21,136 nucleotides of DNA, taken from Polyangiales bacterium. Lineage in GTDB: Bacteria > Myxococcota_A > Polyangia > Polyangiales > Polyangiaceae. The translations under genes were made by a program, and so were the position numbers. Positions 1 through 7,658 of this stretch are shown in pieces. Location: contig JBBRNJ010000119.1 in assembly GCA_038230375.1 (NCBI GenBank), forward strand, positions 1 through 21,136, read 5' to 3'. The notes beneath the pieces were generated by a model. It had not been told where the DNA came from. It did not search any database and saw only the letters and a list, made by a program, of their open reading frames with translations. Positions within the stretch are counted from its first letter, which is position 1; every line of letters begins with the position of its first letter.

Positions 1-96
1 CCATGTCCCGCCCCATGTCCCGCCCCATGTCCCGCCCCATGTCCCGCCCCAGGTCCCGCCCCATGTCCCGCCCCATGGCCCGCCCCATGTCCCCCC
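1..96 (+). repeat. 12-bp tandem repeat (CCATGTCCCGCC) x8, encoding (H/Q)(V/G)PP in the frame of the FHA gene; cut by the window edge
   Basis: Units at 1,13,25,37,49(CCAGGTCCCGCC),61,73(CCATGGCCCGCC),85(CCATGTCCCCCC). The frame starting at base 2 reads HVPP x4, QVPP, HVPP, HGPP, HVPP, S and continues without a stop into the ORF tracked from 101. Confidence 0.95.
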
Positions 97-1756
97 GTCC
101 GTGCGTCCGGTCGCACCCGACCTGAGCTTCCAGGGCAAGGTGTCGCCTCACGGCGGCGGTCGGACGTGCGCCGTGTGCGGCACCCAGAACCCAGGTGACG
201 TTCGCTACTGCATCTCGTGTGGCTCGCAGCTCGAGAAGCAGCAGTTCGCCGGAACCGTGGCGCTCTCCACGAACGGCAACAGCGAACCCGCTCCGAAGAA
301 TGCGACGTCGCTGGGCGGCATCGCTCCTTACACGCCCGCGCCGCCCATGGTGGGCCCCGCGCCCGCGCCACCGGCCATGTCACCGCACATGCCCACGCCC
401 GCGATCGGCGCGCCGCTCGTCTCCCCCGGTATGTCCCCGGGTCTTGCGCCGGCTGCTTTCGGAGGCGGCGGTCTAGCCGCGCCGGCAGCACCGATCGCGC
501 CGATGCGTGTGGTGTCCGTGGGGCCCACTCCACCGAAGGACACGACACGCGTGTGCGGGCGCTGCCATGGGAGCTGCGATCCGGCCGCTGCGTTCTGCAA
601 GTTCTGTGGAGCGCCGCTCACGGAGTCCGCGCCCACGCTGAACCCGACGATCGCGCATCCGCATGTGCATCAGGGCAGCCGTGACAACGCCCCCGCGAGC
701 GTGCGCCCAGCGCCGGTGGCATCACCGAATCCGATCGCGGTGGCATCCATGCTCACGCCTTCCCCCGCGGCGGTCGTGCCTGCGCCCACGCCTGCACCCG
801 GCCCGGTGGGGCCCGCCGCGCCCAGCCTGTCCAGTCACGGCGCGCCCATGCCACGCCCCGCTGCGCCCACGCCCGCGATCCCTCCGCCCGTCGTGCCCCT
901 TCCCGCGAACGCCGGTCCGGCCGCTCCCGTCACCACGCCACCCGCCGCGCCGAGGAGCCCCGAGCGCGGCGCGGATCAGGCGGTGCCCGGCGCTGCACTC
1001 GCCGTCACGCGCGGCCGTCTCGTCGTCGTGGCCCGCGACGGTGGCGAGGGCCCATCATTCCCGATCACCTCGGACACGATGGACATCGGACGCGAGGAGG
1101 GACAGGTCCTCGTGGCGGAAGACGGCTTCCTCTCCGCCCGTCATGCGAGGCTCCAGTGGCGCTCCGGGAAGCTCTTTCTTGTCGATCTCTCGTCAGTCAA
1201 TGGCATCTTCCTGCGGCTGGGGCCCATTGCGGGCGGGCCAGCGGGGCCAGCTGGGGTTGCGGGGCCAGCGGGGCCAGCGGCCGAGAGCACCTGGAAGCTG
1301 TTGGATCAAGACTTGATCCTGGTAGGACAACAGGTGCTAAGGTTCGAAATCGTCAGGGATGCCGAATCGAGCCTCGGAGCAGTGTCGGAGCACGGTACGC
1401 TTCTCTTTGGCACGCCCGTCGGACCAAGGTACGCTCGCCTCTGCCAACGTGGTGTCGAGGGAGTTTCCCGAGACATCTACTACCTCCGGAAAATGGAAAC
1501 TGTGCTCGGCCGAGAATCGGGAGACATCATCTTTACGGAGGATCCGTTCCTCTCGCGTCGGCATGCCGCCATCCGGGTGGAGCTGGCGTCGGCGTCAGCC
1601 TTCACCCTCGTCGACCTCGGCTCGTCGAACGGCTGCTTCGTGCGCATCCGCGGCGAGGTCGGTGTGAGCAACGGAGACCAGTTCCGGGTGGGACAACAAC
1701 TCTTTCGTATCGAGCTGCTAGACCAGCGACGCGAGACCAGCGAGCAGCCGTCATGA
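2..1756 (+). CDS. Double-zinc-ribbon and tandem FHA domain protein with Pro-rich linkers (5' end probably outside the window)
   Basis: Two CxxC-x11-12-CxxC ribbons (CAVC..CISC; CGRC..CKFC). Two FHA motif sets: GREEG..LSARHA..DLSSVNG..VGQQVLRF and GRESG..LSRRHA..DLGSSNG..VGQQLFRI. The frame is open from base 2, so GTG 101 need not be the true start. Confidence 0.9.
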   Translation, partial: HVPPHVPPHVPPHVPPQVPPHVPPHGPPHVPPSVRPVAPDLSFQGKVSPHGGGRTCAVCGTQNPGDVRYCISCGSQLEKQQFAGTVALSTNGNSEPAPKNATSLGGIAPYTPAPPMVGPAPAPPAMSPHMPTPAIGAPLVSPGMSPGLAPAAFGGGGLAAPAAPIAPMRVVSVGPTPPKDTTRVCGRCHGSCDPAAAFCKFCGAPLTESAPTLNPTIAHPHVHQGSRDNAPASVRPAPVASPNPIAVASMLTPSPAAVVPAPTPAPGPVGPAAPSLSSHGAPMPRPAAPTPAIPPPVVPLPANAGPAAPVTTPPAAPRSPERGADQAVPGAALAVTRGRLVVVARDGGEGPSFPITSDTMDIGREEGQVLVAEDGFLSARHARLQWRSGKLFLVDLSSVNGIFLRLGPIAGGPAGPAGVAGPAGPAAESTWKLLDQDLILVGQQVLRFEIVRDAESSLGAVSEHGTLLFGTPVGPRYARLCQRGVEGVSRDIYYLRKMETVLGRESGDIIFTEDPFLSRRHAAIRVELASASAFTLVDLGSSNGCFVRIRGEVGVSNGDQFRVGQQLFRIELLDQRRETSEQPS

Positions 1757-1775
1757 GCACCATGAGGAAGGTCCT

Positions 1776-3074
1776 GTGACCCAACCGAACGCTCCCGAAG
1801 GAACGCCCGTGCCTCCCGGCGCAGCGTCCTCCCCCGACGCTGGCGCGCCTTCAGGCGCTGCAGGCGCCTCCGTCGACGCCGGCATTGCAGGCGGTCCCGT
1901 CCAGGTGAAGCTCTTCGCCCGGACCGACGTCGGTCAGGTCCGCGAGCACAACGAGGACAACTTCCTCGTGGCCGATCTCAGCCGCCGTTCTCGCGGCCTG
2001 CTCGAGGCGAACCGCGCGACGTTGCTGGGCCCGCAGGGCCTGCTCTTCTGCGTGTGTGACGGCATGGGTGGCGCTGCGGCCGGCGAGATCGCCAGTCAGC
2101 TCGCCGTCGACATCATCTTCGAGCGCATCCTCGAGGGCGTGGGCGCGGACGCCATTCCGCGCAACGAGCTCGCCCGGCGCCTCGTGCGTGCGGTCGAGAC
2201 CGCGGGCCTTCGCATCTTCCAGGAGGCCAAGGCAGATCGCACCCGCCGCGGCATGGGCACCACCGTCACCGGCGCTGCCCTCGTGGACGATCACCTGTTC
2301 CTCGCGCAGGTCGGCGACTCGCGCGGCTACGTCCTCCGCAACGGGACGCTCGTGCAGGTCACGCGCGATCAGTCGCTCGTCAACCAGCTCATCGAGGCCG
2401 GCCAGCTCACGGAAGAAGAAGCCGAGACCTTCGAGCACAACAACATCATCCTGCAGGCGCTCGGCACCGCCGACACCGTCCAGGTCGACCTCACGTACGT
2501 TCACCTCCGCAAGGGTGACGTGCTCATGCTCTGCTCGGACGGCCTCTCCGGCATGGTCCGCTTCGACGAGATCCGCGAGCTGCTCGCGAGCTCGCCGGAG
2601 CCGCTCGAGATCTGCAAGGGCCTCACCGAGCGCGCGAACCAGGCAGGCGGACACGACAACATCACCGTGATCGTCGTGCAGTTCGACGGCGAAGGCCTCC
2701 GCGCCCTCGCGAGCGACGACGAGCCCCTCAAGTACCGCAAATACCCCCTCCCCGAAGAGTCGGCGGCCCCGCTCGGCAACACCGTCCCGCAGGGCGCTCA
2801 CGGCCCGGCGTCCGGTAACCCGCCCGGAAGTGTCGGCGGGGTGCCGAGCGCGCACCCGAACGCGGTTGGGGCTGGACCGAACACCGCAGCCGCTGGCGCC
2901 GCGATCCAGACCTCCGTTCCGCCGGGCCCGTGGCAAGAGCCCGGCGGCGCCTACAACGTGCTCGACGAGACCGTCGACATTCCGGGCACGCACGTCCCCA
3001 TCTGGGTCGTCATCGTGATCGCGGTTGGTGTGCTCGCGCTGCTGGGCGCGACCGCATACCTCCTTCTGCGCTGA
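1776..3074 (+). CDS. PP2C/PPM-family Ser/Thr protein phosphatase (Stp1/PrpC-like) with a C-terminal membrane anchor
   Basis: Motifs TDVGQVREHNED, VCDGMGG, MGTT, VGDSR, LCSDGL, GGHDNITV. Hydrophobic tail IWVVIVIAVGVLALLGATAYLLLR. SD-like GAGGA at 1764-1768, 7 nt before the GTG. Confidence 0.95.
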   Translation: MTQPNAPEGTPVPPGAASSPDAGAPSGAAGASVDAGIAGGPVQVKLFARTDVGQVREHNEDNFLVADLSRRSRGLLEANRATLLGPQGLLFCVCDGMGGAAAGEIASQLAVDIIFERILEGVGADAIPRNELARRLVRAVETAGLRIFQEAKADRTRRGMGTTVTGAALVDDHLFLAQVGDSRGYVLRNGTLVQVTRDQSLVNQLIEAGQLTEEEAETFEHNNIILQALGTADTVQVDLTYVHLRKGDVLMLCSDGLSGMVRFDEIRELLASSPEPLEICKGLTERANQAGGHDNITVIVVQFDGEGLRALASDDEPLKYRKYPLPEESAAPLGNTVPQGAHGPASGNPPGSVGGVPSAHPNAVGAGPNTAAAGAAIQTSVPPGPWQEPGGAYNVLDETVDIPGTHVPIWVVIVIAVGVLALLGATAYLLLR

Positions 3075-3106
3075 CTTCTTCCCTGACTTCTTCCCTGAGT
3101 TCGCCC
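3071..3106. repeat. Three 12-bp direct repeats filling the gap between convergent stop codons
   Basis: CTGACTTCTTCC (3071-3082), CTGACTTCTTCC (3083-3094), CTGAGTTCGCCC (3095-3106); the first copy contains the PP2C stop codon. Confidence 0.8.
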
Positions 3107-3110
3107 CTGC

Positions 3111-4064
3111 TCAGTCCGCAGAGAGACCCGTGAGCGAGAGCTCGGGCGCGAAGAGCGTGTCCGACGACGGTGCAGAGCTGCCGAGCGCGTTGGCTCCGTG
3201 TCGGATCGTCGAGCTCCCCCCTTCCGCGCCTGTCTTCTTGCGTACGAACTCGGCGATCGCATTCTGGCGGTCGAACGAGAGTGCCTCGTTTGCCGCCTGC
3301 GCGGCCGCGGCCTGATCGCCGCGCGCCAGACGACACACGGCGATCCACGCCCACGCCGCGCCGCTGCGCGAGGCATCGCGGTCGGACGTGAGCGGCGTCA
3401 AGATCTCCTCCGCGCGAACGTAGGCGCCGCGGCGAAGGAGCTGCCGCGCCACCAGCATGAGGAGCTCGGGCCGGTCGCCGAAGAGAGCGCGTGCGCGCGT
3501 GATCGCCTCGTCGGCCTCGCCATCGCGGCCAAGACGCAAGAGGCACTCGGAGAGCCCGAGCCAGCCGACCATCTCGTTCGGCGCGACAAGGTTGAGGCGA
3601 AAGAACTGCTCGCGCGCGTCCTCGAACTCACCGCGCGCGAAGAGCCGACGTCCCAGGTTCTGGCGTGACGGCGCGAAGCCGGGATCCACCTTCAGCGCTG
3701 CGCGGTAGTTGGCCTCTGCGTCCTCCGAGAGGCCGCGGCGGTCGGCGATGAGCGCCATCGCGTGGTGCGGCGAGGCGATGTTCGGGTTCAGATCGCGCGC
3801 GCGCTTCGCGTCCTGATACGCGAGGTCCAGGTTGCCGCGGCGCAGCTCCACGAGCGCCAGGTTCACCCACGCCTCCGTGAAGCGCGGGCTGTACTCGATG
3901 GCCAGGTTGAGGCGCGCCTGCGCAGCCATGAGATCACCCGCGGCGAGTGCTGCTGCGCCTTGCCTGTTCAGCTCGTCGGCCTTTGGTGGCAGCGGCGGAA
4001 TGGTGGCGCATCCGACCGCGCAGAGGAGGACCACGCAGAGGACGAAGAGCAGGCCAGGTCGCAT
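3111..4064 (-). CDS. Tetratricopeptide-repeat lipoprotein
   Basis: ATG 4064 gives the signal peptide MRPGLLFVLCVVLLCAVG-C with a lipobox, followed by serial TPR-like helices (AIEYSPRFTEAWVNLA, ARDLNPNIASPHHAMA, ALKVDPGFAPSRQNLG, NLVAPNEMVGWLGLS). The extension to 4142 is not needed. Confidence 0.85.
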   Translation of the reverse strand: MRPGLLFVLCVVLLCAVGCATIPPLPPKADELNRQGAAALAAGDLMAAQARLNLAIEYSPRFTEAWVNLALVELRRGNLDLAYQDAKRARDLNPNIASPHHAMALIADRRGLSEDAEANYRAALKVDPGFAPSRQNLGRRLFARGEFEDAREQFFRLNLVAPNEMVGWLGLSECLLRLGRDGEADEAITRARALFGDRPELLMLVARQLLRRGAYVRAEEILTPLTSDRDASRSGAAWAWIAVCRLARGDQAAAAQAANEALSFDRQNAIAEFVRKKTGAEGGSSTIRHGANALGSSAPSSDTLFAPELSLTGLSAD

Positions 4065-4170
4065 GCACACCCATCGGCCATCGCCCCCGAGGGTTGCGTG
4101 CAACCTGCAGAAATTTCTCGGGGCCACGCGGAGGTTCCCCAAGCGCCACGGATGGTCTAGAACGATCTCG

Positions 4171-4548
4171 ATGGCTTCGATCTATCGAGAACCCCCTGAT
4201 ACTCCCAGGGTTTCGATGAGCGCCGCGCTCGCGGGCGTTCCGGCCGCGCAGGCCCAGGCCGCCGAGCTCGAGCGCCAAGCCATGCAGTGCGACACGATCG
4301 ATCACACGGCGCTCTTCCAGACAGATGTCCGCGCGGACACGGCGGCGTCAGCATCAAGTTGCCACGCATGCGAGAAGCCGATCCACGCCAGCGACGACGA
4401 GGGGTTCGCCGTACCGGGTCGCGGTCTGCTTGTCTTCACGCGCGGAGACGAGCGCCGCACCGAAGAACCCAAGCTGTGCGCCTCATGCGGTGCAGCCATC
4501 GGCATGACGATGCTCACGCGCTGGGCGATCGAAGAAGACGAAGGCTGA
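4171..4548 (+). CDS. Small hypothetical protein (125 aa) with two CxxC motifs, a putative zinc-binding protein
   Basis: Fills the gap between the TPR gene and kinase. ATG 4171; CHAC...CASC pair; acidic C-terminus WAIEEDEG; codons mostly end in G/C. The start could be the later ATG at 4216. Confidence 0.7.
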   Translation: MASIYREPPDTPRVSMSAALAGVPAAQAQAAELERQAMQCDTIDHTALFQTDVRADTAASASSCHACEKPIHASDDEGFAVPGRGLLVFTRGDERRTEEPKLCASCGAAIGMTMLTRWAIEEDEG

Positions 4549-4561
4549 ACGCCGTCGCGGG

Positions 4562-6985
4562 CTACTTGTCCGTGATCTCGATTCGCTCGCCGCACGCCAC
4601 GTCGACGGACTGAGGCTTCCCCGCGCTTCCGAGCTTCACGGTGTGCTTCCCACATGGGACGCTCACGACGCCGGGGGTCTCGCCGAGGACCTTGTCGTCC
4701 ACGAAGATGCGGTGATGAGGCTGCGCCTTCTCGGTCGAGATCTCTGCCGTCTGTGTGTTTCCAGAAGGCACCGAACCAGCTGGAGCCGCACTCGCTTGCG
4801 GAGTGGCCGAAGGAGGCGCGGACGCGACCGGTGCTGCGCTCGCGCTCGGCGCCGCACCGCCCGAACTGACGGGTGCGGTGCTGGCCGAGGGGACGGCGGA
4901 TGCGCTCGCGGAGGGGATGCCTGATGCGGCGCTCTCCGTGGAGGCGACTGGCTGCGCGGACGCTGTGGGGGTTGCGCTCGGCTTTGCACTTGCCGTGGGC
5001 GTGGCGGACGCGCTGCCTGAGGCGCCCGGGATGAGACCGTGAAGCAGCGCGGGCCGATAGTGCACGACCGCCGCGCCACCGCCGATCAGCAGCCCGAGCA
5101 GCACACCCACGAGCGTCAGCACGACGAAGGACGAGCCCTTCTTCTGCACGCGTTGCGTCGCGTCCCTGGCGGTGGCCTGAGGCAGCGGTGCTGGGTTCGC
5201 GCTGACGGTGGAGGGACTCGACGCGCGCATCGAACCATCGCCCCCTGATCGGAGATCGCCTGGACTGGGCGGCATGGTCGACGACGCCAGGTGTGGCGCG
5301 TGCCCCGGAGGCATGCCGGAGCTCGACAGCGCAACGGTGTTCTCGAGCGGATGGGCGAACGGATCGTTCACGACCACGTTGCCCATCCGGGGCATCGGAG
5401 GCGCTCCACCGACGTTACCGGTCCGCAGCGCCATCGCGAGGGGCTCGGTCGCTGGCGGCGCGTCCGAGTCGCTCTGCTCCGGCGGCGAGGTCGACGTCGA
5501 GCCGAAGCTGGGCAGCGCGTGAAGCTCGCCCTCGAGCATCGGCTCGAGCAACGAAGCGAGCTCCGGGCGGGTCATGGACCCTGTTCGGTCGTCGACGTCC
5601 GCGGGATGGGCGCCGGGCGGCGGCGGCACGGTCGACGCTGCGCCAAGACCGCGCACCGTGCCACCCCCATCGGCCGTGGGCGGCATGCTCTCGATCGCCG
5701 CAGCAACGGCGGCTTCGATCGCCGCGGACATGGTGCCCACGCTTCCCTGCTGCGCGCGCATGGCTGGCAGCTGTGCTCCTGCCGCAAGGGCACCTGCGGC
5801 CCCGTGCGCCGCACCTGCCATGGCGGGCGCAGCCGTGGGGGACGTCGGGAACGGCGACACGACCATCGGCGGCGGCATCGGCGGAGGGAGCCTGGGTCGC
5901 TCGGCCATCGCCTGGGTCACACCCGTGCCGTCGGGCTTGTAGTGCCCTCCTCCACCTCCAGGCGTGAACTGACCAGTTCCACCGGATGACGCAACGCCGA
6001 CGGCGCGAAGCCGCTCGAGGATCGCCGCAAGCTTGATGCGGCCGTCGTCGCCAGGGGCGACTGCGCGGAACACGGTGACCATGTCCTGCGCGGAGATGAG
6101 GCGCTTGCGAGCGTCGGGGTCGAGCGCCGTGCGCATCACGTCACGCACGCGCCGGTCCAGGTCCGGGCGCAACGCGTCCAGCGATGCAAGCCGCGGCTCC
6201 GCCATCATCCGAAGGAGCTCCACCTCTGGCAGCTCGTCGCGCATGAGCGCAGGCCGCTTCGCGAACAGCTCCCAGATCACGATCGCGCCGGCGTACACGT
6301 CCGCGCGCACCGTCACGACCTCGCCCTTCACCTGCTCGGGGGCCATGTAGCCGTACGTGCCCTTGATGAGCCCCATCTGCGTGTCGCTCTGGATGCCTGC
6401 GACCTTCGCGATGCCGAAGTCCGTGATCTTCGCGTGCCCGTCCCATGGCAAGAGGACGTTCGTCGGGTTCACGTCGCGATGAATGACGGGCGCCGTGGCC
6501 TGCGTCTCGGGATCACGCGCCGAGTGCGCCGCCGCGATCGCCGAGAAAATGCGCGAGCCCAGGTAGAGCGCCGACACGTCCGGGATCTCGATGTTGCCCG
6601 CGCGACGGAGGCTCACCAGCTTCGCGAGCGTCATGCCGTCCACGTACTCGAGCACCATGACCAGCTGGCCATCGAGCGAGAAGAAGTCGAAGAGACGCAC
6701 GATCGACGGATGATCGAGCCGCGCGTACGCCGCAGCCTCGCGCGCGAACATGCGCGCGAACTGCTCGTCGCCGCTGTACTTGGAGAGCAGGAGCTTCAGG
6801 ACGACGAGACGCCCGAAGCCGTGCGGCCCTTCGGCCTTGGCGAGCAGCACGTCGCACGTGCCGCCCGTGGCGAGCCGCCTGATGACGCGATAGCCGCCCA
6901 CGCGCGCCGCCCCGGCGAGGTGCTCCTGGAGCCCGAGCATGGACTCCCGACGCACGTACGGCGACGACCCCGACCCCTGCGACAT
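4562..6985 (-). CDS. Membrane Ser/Thr (Hanks-type) protein kinase with Pro/Ala-rich linker, TM helix, Ser/Ala stalk and C-terminal PEGA-like domain
   Basis: LATGGTCDV (variant Gly loop), VVLK, HPSIV, HRDVNPTN, DFGIAK, GTYGYMAPE, ADVY. TM FVVLTLVGVLLGLLIGGGAAVV. C-terminal RIFVDDKVLGETPGVVSVPCGKHTVKLG resembles PEGA. Confidence 0.93.
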   Translation of the reverse strand: MSQGSGSSPYVRRESMLGLQEHLAGAARVGGYRVIRRLATGGTCDVLLAKAEGPHGFGRLVVLKLLLSKYSGDEQFARMFAREAAAYARLDHPSIVRLFDFFSLDGQLVMVLEYVDGMTLAKLVSLRRAGNIEIPDVSALYLGSRIFSAIAAAHSARDPETQATAPVIHRDVNPTNVLLPWDGHAKITDFGIAKVAGIQSDTQMGLIKGTYGYMAPEQVKGEVVTVRADVYAGAIVIWELFAKRPALMRDELPEVELLRMMAEPRLASLDALRPDLDRRVRDVMRTALDPDARKRLISAQDMVTVFRAVAPGDDGRIKLAAILERLRAVGVASSGGTGQFTPGGGGGHYKPDGTGVTQAMAERPRLPPPMPPPMVVSPFPTSPTAAPAMAGAAHGAAGALAAGAQLPAMRAQQGSVGTMSAAIEAAVAAAIESMPPTADGGGTVRGLGAASTVPPPPGAHPADVDDRTGSMTRPELASLLEPMLEGELHALPSFGSTSTSPPEQSDSDAPPATEPLAMALRTGNVGGAPPMPRMGNVVVNDPFAHPLENTVALSSSGMPPGHAPHLASSTMPPSPGDLRSGGDGSMRASSPSTVSANPAPLPQATARDATQRVQKKGSSFVVLTLVGVLLGLLIGGGAAVVHYRPALLHGLIPGASGSASATPTASAKPSATPTASAQPVASTESAASGIPSASASAVPSASTAPVSSGGAAPSASAAPVASAPPSATPQASAAPAGSVPSGNTQTAEISTEKAQPHHRIFVDDKVLGETPGVVSVPCGKHTVKLGSAGKPQSVDVACGERIEITDK

Positions 6986-6991
6986 GAGCGG

Positions 6992-6997
6992 ATTCTA
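6992..6997 (-). promoter_or_regulatory. Candidate sigma70-type -10 hexamer (TAGAAT) 6 nt before the kinase ATG, suggesting a leaderless transcript
   Basis: Minus strand reads GTG-TAGAAT-CCGCTC-ATG. No SD between hexamer and ATG; no convincing -35. Confidence 0.45.
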
Positions 6998-7060
6998 CAC
7001 GTTTCCCCGCCAGAAGCGCCTTTTTGGCCAATCGCGAGGCGCGAGCGGGTCCGCGATGGG

Positions 7061-7597
7061 TCAGGCGCCGCGTTCGCTTCGCGCGAGATCCTGCTCCACC
7101 TGATCGAGCAGCTCGTTCGCGCGTGCCTCTGCGATCCCAAGGCCTTCAGCCATGGTGTTGAGGGTCTCGTTTTCCTCGTCGGCGATGGCGTTGTCCGCGA
7201 AGGCCACGGCAGCGGCAAGCACGAAGGCGACCTCTGCACGGGCCGGGTCCTCGCGGAGGTCGGCGATCACCGCCTCGAGCCGCTTCTCGCGTCCCTCTTC
7301 CGCCACATTCTTGGCAGCGGTGTCGAGCATGGCCTCGATGTGGGTGGTGTGCACGGCGTCGTCCGACAGGTTCCTGAGCGCGCCTTTCAGCACCTCGCGT
7401 TCCTCGCTCGACACGTTGCCGTCCGCGGACATCATCAGGTACATGGCCTCGCAGAGAGACCCGTACTCGGTCACGATGGTGAGGAGCTCGACATCCGTGA
7501 TGCTGACGCCAGGCGCGGGCAGCATGGAGGACCTCTGCCCGCGGTTCTGGAGCTGATCACGGAGACGAACGAGCGTGGAGCTTGAGAGCCAGATCAT
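7061..7597 (-). CDS. TerB-like (tellurite-resistance TerB fold) protein
   Basis: Two-fold internal pattern typical of TerB-like domains: EAMYLMMSADGNVSSEEREVL and LAAAVAFADNAIADEENETLNTMAEGLGI. The protein is acidic and helical. Confidence 0.85.
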   Translation of the reverse strand: MIWLSSSTLVRLRDQLQNRGQRSSMLPAPGVSITDVELLTIVTEYGSLCEAMYLMMSADGNVSSEEREVLKGALRNLSDDAVHTTHIEAMLDTAAKNVAEEGREKRLEAVIADLREDPARAEVAFVLAAAVAFADNAIADEENETLNTMAEGLGIAEARANELLDQVEQDLARSERGA

Positions 7598-7658
7598 GGG
7601 CCGAGAGAATCACCCCAGCCGAGCTCGCGGTCAAGACGGGAGCTCCATTCAGAAGACC

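Noticed and set aside
1..96. Possible CRISPR array or MSRP-repeat peptide at the left edge
   Set aside because: Units are 12 bp and contiguous with no spacers. The MSRP frame stops at base 123, whereas the HVPP frame is continuous with the FHA gene.
2..3074. Type VI secretion cluster (Fha/TagH + PppA)
   Set aside because: No tss core genes (tssB/C, hcp, vgrG, tssJLM, clpV) are in the window, and the FHA architecture differs from TagH.
3111..4064. Naming the TPR lipoprotein Tgl/PilF pilotin or BamD
   Set aside because: TPR lipoproteins are numerous in this group, and there is no secretin or pil gene nearby and no diagnostic motif I can verify by eye.
6300..6900. First kinase as a pseudokinase because of the ATGGTCDV Gly loop and HRDVNPTN
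   Set aside because: The catalytic Lys (VVLK), HRD Asp, Asn, DFG and APE are all present, and HRDV(S/N)PxN variants are common in myxobacterial kinases.
7021..7060. Intrinsic terminator after the TerB-like gene (ATCGCG...CGCGAT stem)
   Set aside because: On the transcribed minus strand the stem is followed by an A-run, not a U-run, and the loop is long.
1776..7597. TerY-P (TerY-phosphorylation triad) defence system suggested by PP2C + kinase + Ter-family gene
   Set aside because: No vWA/TerY gene is present, the PP2C and kinase are on opposite strands with genes between them, and both are ordinary membrane-anchored myxobacterial types.
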